Source: Candidatus Latescibacterota bacterium
GTDB lineage: Bacteria; Latescibacterota; UBA2968; UBA8231
DNA: 64,000 nt
Assembly (NCBI GenBank): GCA_965215195.1
Contig: CBDCDC010000002.1
Span: 2,880,001 to 2,944,000, forward strand
Direction of reading: 5' to 3'
Below the pieces are notes generated by a model. That model made no database searches, had not been told where the DNA came from, and was given only the letters and a program-made list of their open reading frames with translations. The translations under genes were made by a program, and so were the position numbers. Below are positions 27,602 to 37,103 of the stretch, piece after piece (position 1 is the first letter of the stretch; every line of letters starts with the position of its first letter).

Positions 27602-28477
27602 ATGATGAGTCAATCCGCAGTCTTGGGCGTCATTGGCGGGTCGGGGTTGTACCATATAGAAGGGGCTGAAACGGTCGCCGAGCACCGGCTAGATACGCCC
27701 TTTGGCGCACCCTCGGACGCCATTGTCGAGGCGCGAATCGGCGAGCGCACACTGCATTTCCTGCCGCGACATGGCCGCGGGCATCGGCTGCTGCCGAGCG
27801 AAGTACCCTCTCGCGCCAATATCCACGCACTCAAGCAACTAGGGGTGAACCACGTTTTGGCCATCAGTGCCTGCGGCATCATGCAGGAGAATATCCGGCC
27901 TGGGGACATGATCGTGCCCGACCAAATTTTCGACCGCACGCGCGGACAACGCCCATCGACGTTCTTTGGCGACGGTATCGCCGGACATGTGATGTTCGCC
28001 GACCCGTTCTGTGCAGGGTTGCGGGGCGTGGTCATTGCGGCGGCACGGGCGGCAGGTGCCAACGTCCACGAGGGCGGCACCTACCTCTGCATGGAGGGAC
28101 CAGCCTTTTCCACCCGCGCTGAGTCGCATTTCTACCGCAACGCCGTGGGCGCGGCCGTGATCAGCATGACCGCTCTGCCCGAGGCCAAGCTGGCGCGCGA
28201 GGCGGAAATGTGTTACGCGCTGCTGGCCACGGGCACGGACTACGACTGCTGGCACGAGGAGGAAGAAGACGTGACCGTCGATCAAGTGCTGGCAGTGCTA
28301 CGGGCCAACAGCACCTTGGCCAAGCAGATCGTCTCCGAGGTTGCCACGCGCCTGCCGCCCGAATCCACTTGCCCTTGTTTGCACGCGGCCGAACGCGCCA
28401 TTCTCACCGACCCAGCGGCGATTCCTTTAGAGGCGAAGGAGCGGCTCCGGGTTCTCTATGGAAAGTATTGGGATTGA
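27602..28477 (+). CDS. mtnP: S-methyl-5'-thioadenosine phosphorylase
   Basis: GVIGGSG, TPFGAPS, PRHGRGH, MEGPAFSTRAES, MTALPEAKLAREAE, TDYDCW. Confidence 0.93.
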   Translation: MMSQSAVLGVIGGSGLYHIEGAETVAEHRLDTPFGAPSDAIVEARIGERTLHFLPRHGRGHRLLPSEVPSRANIHALKQLGVNHVLAISACGIMQENIRPGDMIVPDQIFDRTRGQRPSTFFGDGIAGHVMFADPFCAGLRGVVIAAARAAGANVHEGGTYLCMEGPAFSTRAESHFYRNAVGAAVISMTALPEAKLAREAEMCYALLATGTDYDCWHEEEEDVTVDQVLAVLRANSTLAKQIVSEVATRLPPESTCPCLHAAERAILTDPAAIPLEAKERLRVLYGKYWD

Positions 28478-28558
28478 CAACCCATTCAACGAACCCTTCA
28501 GCCCGCACGATCAGACCCAGCTCTGCACCGGAGTTTTCCTCTGCGAAGATGGGCCGTG

Positions 28559-28645
28559 CTGCCCAGCGGCGGCGACACGGGCTACGCCGGCATCTTGCCC
28601 TTGGACGACGACCACGCGCTCATCGCGTACTACTTGACCCACGAA
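28559..28645 (+). pseudogene. Orphan C-terminal fragment of a BNR/sialidase-like beta-propeller gene
   Basis: LPSGGDTGYAGILPLDDDHALIAYYLTHE resembles the last blade of exo-sialidase-like proteins; no upstream body. Confidence 0.45.
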
Positions 28646-28834
28646 TCGCCCGACCGGGGTTCTTGCGTCTATTTGTCTTTTCAGTACTCATCGAGGATTG
28701 ACCACGGAGATTTGCCCATGGCGGAACGTTTTAGAATAGCGGTCGTCGGCGTCGGCCGGATTGGCGCATTCCACGCCCGCCACGTCCAAGAGCTGGCCAG
28801 CGAGCGGGGCGATTGCGCGTTGACCGCGGTAGTA

Positions 28835-29719
28835 ACCAATGGTGCTAGTGAGTTGACCGTGGTCGAGGTAGTTCCTACGCTGAGGGTGTCCCCCCTTCCA
28901 GCGAAGGAGCGTCCCATGACCACGGCCGAGTTTATAATAGCCCTCTTCTATCGGATCGACAACCAGATGGGCGATGTGCCCAAACACCCCCAAGCCGCCT
29001 TATATCCCAGCGAAACGGTGACCCTGGCGGTTCTATATGCGCTCAAAGGGGACGGCAAACGGGCGTTTTATCGCTGGGTAGTGCGCGATTGGCGCGCCTT
29101 TTTCCCGCGCCTGCCCGAACGCACCCGCTTGTTCCGCCTGTTTGTCGCCCATGCGGACTGGACCGATCGCTTTCGAGCGGACCCCACCCCCTTAGGCGTG
29201 ATCGATAGCTATGGCATCGAGTTGATCCATCCAGTACGCGAAGGCCGCTCCGCTCACCCTATCGGCCAGAAAGGGTTGTCCAATCACCGCTGGATCGTCG
29301 GCGGCAAGCTGGGCTTGATCGTCAACCAGTGGGGCTTGATCGTCGATTGGGATTGTAACACGGCCAATGTCCACGATTCGGTCTTTCACCCGATGATTGG
29401 TCGCTACGAAGAGCAGATGATCCTCCTCAGCGACCAAGGCTTTCATGCCAAAGAAGGTGATCCGGCTAATCTGAAAGTGTGTCCCCGCAAAACCTGGGGC
29501 GACCGGATGGTCATCGAGACCGTCTTTTCGATGCTGACCCGCATTGGCCGGTTCAAGCGACAGACCCATCGAGCTTGGGCCTACTTTAGAGCGCATCTGA
29601 GCGCGGCCATGGCCGCCTTTAACCTGCTGGCACAGTGGCATGGATTGCAACCGGATGAAAATGGATTCGTCCCGTTGTCCATCGCGGAATTTAGCTTGTA
29701 GCCCACTAGCACCATTGGT
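28835..29719 (+). mobile_element. 885-bp insertion sequence, IS982-like
   Basis: 16-bp perfect TIRs ACCAATGGTGCTAGTG / CACTAGCACCATTGGT; 5-bp TSD TAGTA at 28830-28834 and 29720-29724. Confidence 0.93.
28916..29701 (+). CDS. DDE transposase (IS982-like, 261 aa)
   Basis: AAGGAG RBS; VIDS...ANVHD...SDQGF...IETVFS catalytic pattern. Confidence 0.85.
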   Translation: MTTAEFIIALFYRIDNQMGDVPKHPQAALYPSETVTLAVLYALKGDGKRAFYRWVVRDWRAFFPRLPERTRLFRLFVAHADWTDRFRADPTPLGVIDSYGIELIHPVREGRSAHPIGQKGLSNHRWIVGGKLGLIVNQWGLIVDWDCNTANVHDSVFHPMIGRYEEQMILLSDQGFHAKEGDPANLKVCPRKTWGDRMVIETVFSMLTRIGRFKRQTHRAWAYFRAHLSAAMAAFNLLAQWHGLQPDENGFVPLSIAEFSL

Positions 29720-30873
29720 TAGTAGATGGCTACGGCGACTTGGCCGCCGAGGTCGCGGCCCAGCTACAGACTGGCCAAGAAACGGCGATTGGCGTTTTCA
29801 AAGACGTGGAGGAACTGGTCGCGGCTAAGGCAGCCGACGGCGCGTTCATTGCCTCGCGCACTGAAAACCACTACCGCGATGCCCAAATTTTGATCGACGC
29901 GGGCTGGCGCGTCTTGATGGAAAAGCCGCTGACGCATTCCTTGGCCACCGCGCGGGAGTTCGCCGCCTATCTGGACGCCGACGCCTTTGGCCGCACGGCC
30001 CTGATGCAGGCTTTTATGCGCCGCTTCGACGCCCCGCTGTTGTGGGCCAAAGCCCTGTTGGATCGAGGTGCTATTGGTGCGCCGTTCAAGATCGCTTCAA
30101 TCCTCGAAGATCCCGTGCCGCCGCCCCACGGGTACAATAGCTCCGGCCTGCTTTCGGATATGGCGGTCCACAACATCGACGAGATTCTCTGGCTCGGTGG
30201 GCAACAGCCCGAGCGGCTAGCTGGCTTTGGCAGCCTGCTTTACAACCAGCAGCACACGGACGTCAAAGAGGATTTCGACGACGCGCTCTTGCAGATGTAC
30301 TTTCCCGAAAACCTGATTGGCCAAGTGACGGTGAGCCGCAACCACGTAGCCGGGTATCGCAACGAGACGTGGGTTTACGCCACGGAGGGGGTGGTGCATG
30401 TGGGGGCCTTTGGTGCGGATCCGCTTAGAGTGGAAGCGGAAGCATTTGGGCGGCGGGGTTTAATTGAGCGGCGAGAATTCGCCCTGCGCGATTACGGCGC
30501 AGAAGTGCCGTTTTTTATCGAGCGCTTCGGGCCGGCGTACAAGGCCGAGGTAGCTCACTACATCGACCAGTGCCGCGCTGGCGCGCCGTTTGCCGTTGAT
30601 CACCGCGATGGGCTGAGGGCGCTGGAGATCGCGATGGTGGGAAGCGGGGCGTTGCAGGGGCGCGAAGGGGGCGTAGCGGTTGATTTTGCCGAGCGCGATT
30701 GAGACAGCAGAGAGCTAATTTTTGGGAAGTGCGGATATGGCACCAGTACGCGCATGGTCCTCGAGCCGCCGCGCCGCACGCCCAAAGGGGCGGAACGGTT
30801 CCTGCGGGTCTTGCATTATACCCTTTGCAATGGTTTTATTCGCAGTGAGGAAGTGCCTCGCGCCGAAGAGAAA

Positions 30874-31380
30874 GATAGCGTACAGTAGCTGCGGCGGATG
30901 AACGAGACCTGACGATAGGAGGTTGTTATGGTACCAGCCTGCGCCCTGCTTATTTTTTTCTTAGATATCGTCCTGTTTTTCGGATGGAGAGCAGAGATAT
31001 CAGCCAATTTCGTCCTGTTTTTTTTCGCCTTGTTTTTTCCCCTATATTTCGGATGGAGAGCAGAAAAGCAGCGCGAACGGCTGGAACAGCTAGCCGATCG
31101 GCTGCGCCGGCTCTACGAGCACGCCGGTCGGCCGGGCCTGCGGGTACGCCGTCCCAGACGACTTCACCTTGAGATGCATCAGGCCCTCCGAGATATGGAA
31201 AAGAGCCTCAGGACCTTGGAGCGGCACCACCAAATCCAGCGCCGTCGGCTGCGCTATCCCCGGCTGTTAATTGACGACCCCAAGTCTGTCCTCGACAATA
31301 TGGATCAGCGCCTCTCGCGGCTGGAAGAGGTCACCGCCCTCAGATAAAGGAACCGAGCCGTGCGAGTGCCGTTGTTGGTC
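30874..31380 (+). repeat. Copy 1 of a diverged ~500 bp direct repeat; copy 2 at ~34090-34605
   Basis: Shared upstream gatagcgtacagtagctgcg...gataggaggtt and downstream taaaggaaccgagccg..gcgagtgccgttgt. Confidence 0.85.
30928..31347 (+). CDS. Hypothetical membrane protein (2 TM + basic helical tail), paralog of 34144-34572
   Basis: AGGAGG RBS; RLEQLADRLRRLYE...LRYPRL...DQRLSRLEE shared with the paralog. Confidence 0.75.
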   Translation: MVPACALLIFFLDIVLFFGWRAEISANFVLFFFALFFPLYFGWRAEKQRERLEQLADRLRRLYEHAGRPGLRVRRPRRLHLEMHQALRDMEKSLRTLERHHQIQRRRLRYPRLLIDDPKSVLDNMDQRLSRLEEVTALR

Positions 31381-31430
31381 AAGGACCAGGCGACGCACGG
31401 CGATGTAGCTATCTGCGCCACCTTCTTTTT

Positions 31431-31470
31431 AAGCTGTCGTAAACCATATTGGTTTTACGACAGCTTTTTA
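31431..31470 (+). terminator. Stem-loop, likely intrinsic terminator
   Basis: aagctgtcgtaaa / tttacgacagctt 13-bp stem followed by T-tract. Confidence 0.6.
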
Positions 31471-31701
31471 TTGTTAGTCCAGCGTCAGTTTTATCGTCTT
31501 CGCCGCGTCTATGCATATAATAGAGCAGGTGCGCGGACGTCTTGCTAAAGCATGCACCATATCGCTCCGCCGAAATCGAAGATGTAGTGCAGGAGGCCGC
31601 CAGCTAAGCCTTTCACCATCGCAATCGGCTCCGCGACCCAAGTGGCCGTTGACCAATTGTCAGAGAAAACCTTAACTACACGACAGTAGGGCCTTACCCT
31701 C

Positions 31702-31728
31702 GGATCGAGGGCGGGACGCCCTCGATCC
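31702..31728. repeat. REP-like palindrome
   Basis: ggatcgagggcg-gga-cgccctcgatcc perfect 12-bp stem. Confidence 0.65.
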
Positions 31729-32066
31729 CGGACTCATCGGAAACAGCAAAAAAGGCGTACTCAAAGTCAAGGTCCTAGTACCGGCTCCGATCGCGTCATA
31801 CGGGGAGGAAACTTCGGTATTTTCCTTCGACACGTGCGGTCAGCGTATCGCACCGGCTACTCGCCCAGCAATCGCTCCGTCGCCGTAGGTGTACGCATCT
31901 TGATGACTCGTTAGTTTTTCCTCGGCTCTTCCCAAGCGGTTCGACCTCGGCGACGGAATTCTCTATTAAAAGCTCCGATGAGCGCATAGGAGGAAGACCA
32001 GCGGTACGGAGGGAGTATTAAAAACCTCGGGAAACAAATGTACCTAGACAGGAGGGCTAAACGAAG

Positions 32067-34070
32067 ATGGCTCGTCAAAAAAAGAAAAGTACCAAGCAGA
32101 AAAAGCCCAGCGACCCTTTCTCAAAACTCACTTGGGAAGACCTGGAGGAATGGGCGGGTGCCGTCATCGTCGCCCGAGGACGCCCCTATCAGAGAAACGG
32201 AGCGGTTGGGGACTTGGGACGCACCGAGGACGGGACGTTGGTAGCTTGGGTGATGGGAACGCGGCGCTATGCCACCCGAGTGCATATTACGGAGCGGAAT
32301 GGTCTGGAATCCGCCTGCACCTGTCCTTATTGGGACATCTGCAAACACGCGGTGGCTGTGGTACTGGAATACTTGGAACGCCTCAAGACCGATAGTGCTA
32401 TTGGCCAAATTGAGGAGGACGATCCGCGCTTGTTGGGACTAGAAGCGATAGAGGACGAGTACGACGAGTACGAGGAATTCGCCGAGGAAGAGGAGGAAGA
32501 AAACGTCAAGGCGCGTTCCGGGCACTCGAAGTCCAAGAAGTCCAAGACGGCTTCCCTGCACCCGTACCTCCAAGAGCAGACCAAAGCCGAACTCGTAGCG
32601 CTGGTGGTGGAACTCGCGGACGCGCACGACGAGGTGCGCCAATTACTCGCAGACCGCCGCACTTTGGCCTCGGGGCAGACGCACAAAATTCTCCAGACGA
32701 TCCGCCGCGAGATCCGCGCCTTAGAAGAGCCGGTGTGGGACGAATACGAGCACAGAGACTCTGAGGCCAACATGGAGCGCCTCAAGGCGGCGCTCAAAGG
32801 GTTGGTAGAAGCTGGACAAGCCGACGCGGCGTTGCAACTGGGACCGGAACTACTGGCCGCGGGCAACCAGGCACTTGAGTACGATCACGAAGGCGAGTCC
32901 GACGGGGTGCTCGCCGATTGCCTCCATGTTCTTTTTCAGGCCCTCGATGCGGCTTCCTTGTCGCCGGCAGACCAGATAGAATGGGCCCTAAATATGGCGC
33001 TGGCCGACACGTACAGTCTGTGCGACGCTGGTTTGGACCACCTGTGGAAAAAACGCTACGCCAAAAGCGATTGGTCTGCAGTGAGCGACCGGCTAGCGCG
33101 GCGTCTCAAAGCTATCGGGCCTGCTGAGGGAGAGGATGACTTTTCGCATAACTTCAAGCGGAGCCAAATTGCCGACTGGCTGATTCGCGCCCTAGAAAAG
33201 GCCGGCCGCCCAGACGAGATCATCCCGCTGTGCGAGCGCGAAGCGCCGATCACCTTCAGCTATGAACGCTTGGTGGATCGCCTGATGGCCGGCCGCCGCT
33301 GGGAAGAGGCCCGGCGCTGGTGCCATCAGGGGATGGAGGCGGTTTCCTCGACCTATCCGGGCATTGCAGCGGCCTTGCGCCAGCAGCTACAGACGGTTAA
33401 CCAGCGCAGTGGCGATCCGCTCGCCGGGTTGGCCCTTCAGGCCGAGGAGTTTTTTGCCGATCCTAGCCTGAGCGGTTTCCAAGCTCTGTGCAAAGCCGCC
33501 CGCAAGGTGCGCCTCGGCAAGCCCGTCGAGGCTTGGGCGCGGCACTATTTGGAAACCGGCCGGCGACCCGGGGTTGGTCGGAAACGCAAGAGCGATCCAA
33601 AGATAGACTGGCCCCTGCCGGCCTCTGAAGTTGAGGTGCGTACTGATTCCCAACCAACTGAGGCACCTATGACCGGGATACTAATCCGGTTGGCTATTGC
33701 CGAGAACAAGCCGGATGAGGTACTCAAGTGGTACGACTATGCCAGCCGCAAAAAGGGTGGGTTGGGGGCGTATGACTTCCTCGTCGATGCCACCGAGGTG
33801 GCCGAGGCCGTCAAGTCGGCCCATCCAGATCGGGCGATAGCCATTTGGAAGGAAACTGCGGAGAGGCATATCGCCCGGGTACAGACGAGTGGGTACGAGG
33901 CATCAGTACCCTATCTGCGAAAAATGAAAAATGCGCTCACTCGAGCTGGTCGCAAGCAGGAATGGGAAGCGTATCTGGCTTCCTTGCGGGAGGAGAACAA
34001 ACGCCGTCCGCGGTGTCTGGAGGTGCTGGACCGGTTGAAAGGTGGACGCCGGCGAATTATCGACACGTAG
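32067..34070 (+). CDS. SWIM zinc-finger protein with long helical C-terminus
   Basis: RGRPYQRNGAV...GTRRY...ACTCPYWDICKHAVAV (CxC..CxH); acidic linker; C-terminal LREENKRRPR. Confidence 0.9.
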   Translation: MARQKKKSTKQKKPSDPFSKLTWEDLEEWAGAVIVARGRPYQRNGAVGDLGRTEDGTLVAWVMGTRRYATRVHITERNGLESACTCPYWDICKHAVAVVLEYLERLKTDSAIGQIEEDDPRLLGLEAIEDEYDEYEEFAEEEEEENVKARSGHSKSKKSKTASLHPYLQEQTKAELVALVVELADAHDEVRQLLADRRTLASGQTHKILQTIRREIRALEEPVWDEYEHRDSEANMERLKAALKGLVEAGQADAALQLGPELLAAGNQALEYDHEGESDGVLADCLHVLFQALDAASLSPADQIEWALNMALADTYSLCDAGLDHLWKKRYAKSDWSAVSDRLARRLKAIGPAEGEDDFSHNFKRSQIADWLIRALEKAGRPDEIIPLCEREAPITFSYERLVDRLMAGRRWEEARRWCHQGMEAVSSTYPGIAAALRQQLQTVNQRSGDPLAGLALQAEEFFADPSLSGFQALCKAARKVRLGKPVEAWARHYLETGRRPGVGRKRKSDPKIDWPLPASEVEVRTDSQPTEAPMTGILIRLAIAENKPDEVLKWYDYASRKKGGLGAYDFLVDATEVAEAVKSAHPDRAIAIWKETAERHIARVQTSGYEASVPYLRKMKNALTRAGRKQEWEAYLASLREENKRRPRCLEVLDRLKGGRRRIIDT

Positions 34071-34143
34071 TCCCATTGCAATTTTTAAGGATAGCGTACA
34101 GTAGCTGCGTCCGATGGACGAGACCTAACGATAGGAGGTTATT

Positions 34144-34572
34144 ATGATACTAGCCTACGCCCTGTTTTTTTTCTTACTAGATATTTTTTTGCTTTTTCTC
34201 ACCCTATCTCTCGGATGGAAAGTAGAGATACCCGCCTATTTTGCCCTGTATCCCGCCCTATTTCCCGTCCTGTATCTCGGATGGATCGAGGAAAAGAATC
34301 GCGCACGGCTGGAACAACTCGCCGATCGGCTGCGCCGGCTTTACGAGCGCGCCGGTCAGCCGGCCCTACGGGTCCGTCGTCCCAGACGACTCCACCTTGA
34401 GACGCATCAGGTCCTCCAAGAATTGGAAAAAAGCCTCAGGATTTTGGAGCGTCATCACCAAATCCGGATCCGTCGGCTGCGCTATCCCCGGCTGTTTTTC
34501 GACGACCCCAAGCCCGTCCTCGACAATCTGGATCAGCGCCTCTCGCGGCTGGAAGAGATCGACGTCAAATAA
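34144..34572 (+). CDS. Hypothetical membrane protein, paralog of 30928-31347
   Basis: Same RBS context and C-terminal half; divergent TM region. Confidence 0.75.
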   Translation: MILAYALFFFLLDIFLLFLTLSLGWKVEIPAYFALYPALFPVLYLGWIEEKNRARLEQLADRLRRLYERAGQPALRVRRPRRLHLETHQVLQELEKSLRILERHHQIRIRRLRYPRLFFDDPKPVLDNLDQRLSRLEEIDVK

Positions 34573-34820
34573 AGGAACCGAGCCGGGCGAGTGCCGTTGT
34601 CGGTTGAGGGTCTAGGATGAATGAAAAGTGTATATGTTGTCGTCAAATTGTTGTGAAAAATGACGGTACACAGTCAAATAACTCGTATTTGATGGGATGC
34701 TTAGGGGGACTGTCGATGCGTGTCAGACGGGAGTCTGCGAAGAAACGCGGCGCGTGACGATGTTGAAGGGAGAGCCGCGCCAGCCGACCAAGAGAAAGCG
34801 ACGGTAGGGAGAATTTCTTT

Positions 34821-35366
34821 ATGACGACAAAAATTAACCAAGCGTCCCTCGCGCTTGTGCGAGGAGATATTACAAGGGAACGAGTCGATGCAATCGTCAA
34901 CGCGGCCAACGAGCGGCTCATGGGTGGTGGTGGCGTCGATGGCGCCATTCACCGCGCCGGGGGACCGGCCATCGCGGCGGAATGCAGCGCAATCCGCGCC
35001 AAGCAGGGCGGTTGTCCCACGGGTCAAGCTGTAATCACAGCGGGGGGAAACCTTCCCGCGAAGCACGTCATCCACACCGTGGGGCCGATCTGGCGAGGCG
35101 GAACCGCCGGTGAACCCGAACTCCTCGCTAGCTGTTATCGGGAGAGTTTAGGACTCGCATTGGAACACGGCATCGAGACGATTGCCTTCCCATCCATCAG
35201 TACCGGCGTGTACGGCTATCCGGTCGCGCAAGCCGCGGCCATCGCGCTCCATGCGGTAAAGCAATTCCTCGCAGCACACGATGGTCTCGATGAGGTGCGT
35301 TTCGTCCTCTTCGACGATGCGACGTACGGCGCTTATGAGAAGGCCCTTTCGGACATGAGAAGGTAA
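34821..35366 (+). CDS. Macro-domain O-acetyl-ADP-ribose deacetylase (YmdB-like)
   Basis: GDIT, DAIVNAAN, GGGGVDGAIH, VIHTVGP, FPSISTGVYGYP. Confidence 0.94.
   Translation: MTTKINQASLALVRGDITRERVDAIVNAANERLMGGGGVDGAIHRAGGPAIAAECSAIRAKQGGCPTGQAVITAGGNLPAKHVIHTVGPIWRGGTAGEPELLASCYRESLGLALEHGIETIAFPSISTGVYGYPVAQAAAIALHAVKQFLAAHDGLDEVRFVLFDDATYGAYEKALSDMRR
35259..35344 (+). repeat. 86-bp direct repeat (macro gene 3' end); second copy 36212-36297
   Basis: aagcaattcctcgcagc...gcttatgagaaggc, 3 mismatches. Confidence 0.93.
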
Positions 35367-35407
35367 AGGAGGGGTACTCGTCGCCGATGCCAAAAGTTCT
35401 CTCGGAC

Positions 35408-36019
35408 CTACTGAGTGTGGGAAGTGCAGATGTGGCAGTTGCAACTGGAATCAGTGAAGTGACGGACTCCCACCACTGCACCGTCCTTGCGGTCAGCCCG
35501 CTCGAACACCAATTGGAACAGGTCGTCCTCTTGATTCTCTAAGTAGCGACGAAGCGCATATGAACATATGTCCGCGAGTTGCACCATACTCGTGAGTTGG
35601 CTATCGACGAACAGAGGAGTCTCGATGATGTTCTCTACGGCAGTCCAGCGCGTCCCCTTATGGTGGAATCCACGCATAAGATCAGTATGGCGCTTGGCCA
35701 CCGTCTGATTATTGTCGTGTATCAACAATCCGTAGTTCTTTTGACTTGTCCCTGTGACTTGTAAGTACTGTTCAAACCGTGAGACAACCTGATCGAAAGC
35801 CATTTCTCCAATGTTGTACGGAGTATGCTTCCGTGGATCGAAGTGAACCTTGTCAACACATTCTTCATCATCGAGGAAGTGCTTCTGCTTAAGTTCCGCT
35901 ATTTCCCTGTCGCATGTCTTCCAGTGCCAGACAGGAATCGACAGACCAACTAGGATGAAGTGAGAAGTGTTTCCCGGAAGGTCTGGTGTGCCGGATTCAT
36001 CCATATAGCACAGATGCAT
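35408..36019 (-). CDS. DUF3800-family (RNase H-like) protein, possibly internally deleted
   Basis: N-terminal YMDESG, central IHDNN, C-terminal FVDSQLTSMVQLAD; lower GC than flanks. Confidence 0.82.
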   Translation of the reverse strand: MHLCYMDESGTPDLPGNTSHFILVGLSIPVWHWKTCDREIAELKQKHFLDDEECVDKVHFDPRKHTPYNIGEMAFDQVVSRFEQYLQVTGTSQKNYGLLIHDNNQTVAKRHTDLMRGFHHKGTRWTAVENIIETPLFVDSQLTSMVQLADICSYALRRYLENQEDDLFQLVFERADRKDGAVVGVRHFTDSSCNCHICTSHTQ

Positions 36020-36070
36020 AGATTTCTGTTAAGCCATTGTTTATACGGCAATTAGGTCCAAACAGTACAT

Positions 36071-36140
36071 AAAAAAGCGTCTGGGGTTCAGGCTCAAAGC
36101 CCAAAGACGAGACGCTTGGCGACTCATCCCAGACGCATAT
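36071..36140 (-). ncRNA. Candidate ~65-70 nt structured RNA upstream of DUF3800
   Basis: Minus strand GCGUCUGGG...CCCAGACGC 9-bp closing stem enclosing two small hairpins (GAGUCGC/GCGUCUC, GGCU/AGCC), followed by U6. Confidence 0.65.
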
Positions 36141-36142
36141 AT

Positions 36143-36171
36143 AGATTACTCTTATTATCGGGAAATGTCAA
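36143..36171 (-). promoter_or_regulatory. Sigma70-type promoter for the ncRNA/DUF3800 unit
   Basis: TTGACA (36171-36166) - 17 nt - TAATCT (36148-36143), placing +1 near the base of the hairpin. Confidence 0.7.
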
Positions 36172-36301
36172 CTGAAGTTTAGGAGAGAGCGGACGGAATG
36201 ACAACGCAGTGAAGCAATTCCTCGCAGCGCACGAAGGTCTCGATGAGGTGCGTTTCGTCCTCTTCGACGATGCGACGTACGGTGCTTATGAGAAGGCAAC
36301 G

Positions 36302-37103
36302 CTATCTCGTCGGGCGGACGTGCGGGCCATTCAGCAGTTTGCCCAGCCAAGTGTAGCGGACGAGAAATTGGTAGATCGGCAACAAAAGGCCGGTAACTGC
36401 GAGAACCACTAGGAAGTACTTTACCCTTGGAGAAAGCGGCCAATCGCGTACTGCCAATTGAGCGCCAATGACCAGCGGTACGTGCGCCACGTACAGCCAG
36501 TACGACGAATCCGATAAGTAGCGAATGGTTTTGTTTTCGCGGGAGCAGAGTTTGCGGAACAAGCCCATGTACGCAAAAATCATCATCCAAGCGTAGGTCG
36601 CCTGCAACGCCACGGCCGCGGTCCGGGCCATAGCCGGGCCGAATATCTCCTCGCGAAATCCGAATGCACCCATTGAAAATTCGAGATCGAGCGGGAAGAC
36701 TAGCTGCGCTCCAGATAGTGTCTTTTTCGGCCTTGGCCGCGTTGGCTGCAAATGCAGATGCAATGGCCCAGCCGCTGATCTAGTTCACTGCGGGAACGAT
36801 GGTCACCAGCCCGAGTAGGAACGACAGGAACACGCGGCGAAAGCGGTGGGAGAGCAATGATTTTAAGCCGCGCCCGCGCCAAAGCATGGCCGTGAAAAAG
36901 CCGCTCAACACAAAGAACACTGGCATGCGAAAGCCGTGGATCGCAGCGAAGAGCAGTCCGAAAATTCCGCTTTGCTGTGCATCCTGAACCGGCCAAGGAA
37001 ATGGGGTGAAGGACAACCCGGCGTGCAATGCGATGCCGAGCAACATGGCCGCGGCGCGCAGGGCATCGAGGTCGTAGCGGCGAGGGTACGAGCCTCTATT
37101 CAT
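36302..37103 (-). pseudogene. Acyltransferase-3 (OpgC/MdoC-like), internally deleted and split
   Basis: N-part RRYDLDALRAAAMLLGI...IHGFRMPVFF (36780-37103) and C-part RYLSDSSYWLY.AH.PLV...LLNG (36302-36763) in different frames; middle missing. Confidence 0.8.

Larger units (their letters stand above)
28718..30702 (+). pseudogene. IolG-like Gfo/Idh/MocA oxidoreductase interrupted by an IS
   Basis: MAERFRIAVVGVGRIG...ALTAVV | IS | DGYGDLAAEV...MEKP...MRRFD...DMAVHNID; removing the IS and one TAGTA restores the frame. Confidence 0.9.

Noticed and set aside
28556-29701. 381-aa ORF as a single gene
   Set aside because: Composite of a relic fragment, the oxidoreductase N-terminus and the IS transposase
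34674-34692. tcaaata-N5-tatttga palindrome as an operator
   Set aside because: Single short AT-rich palindrome with no cognate regulator nearby; may be chance
36209-36412. 67-aa ORF as a gene
   Set aside because: Duplicated macro 3' end running antisense into the acyltransferase relic
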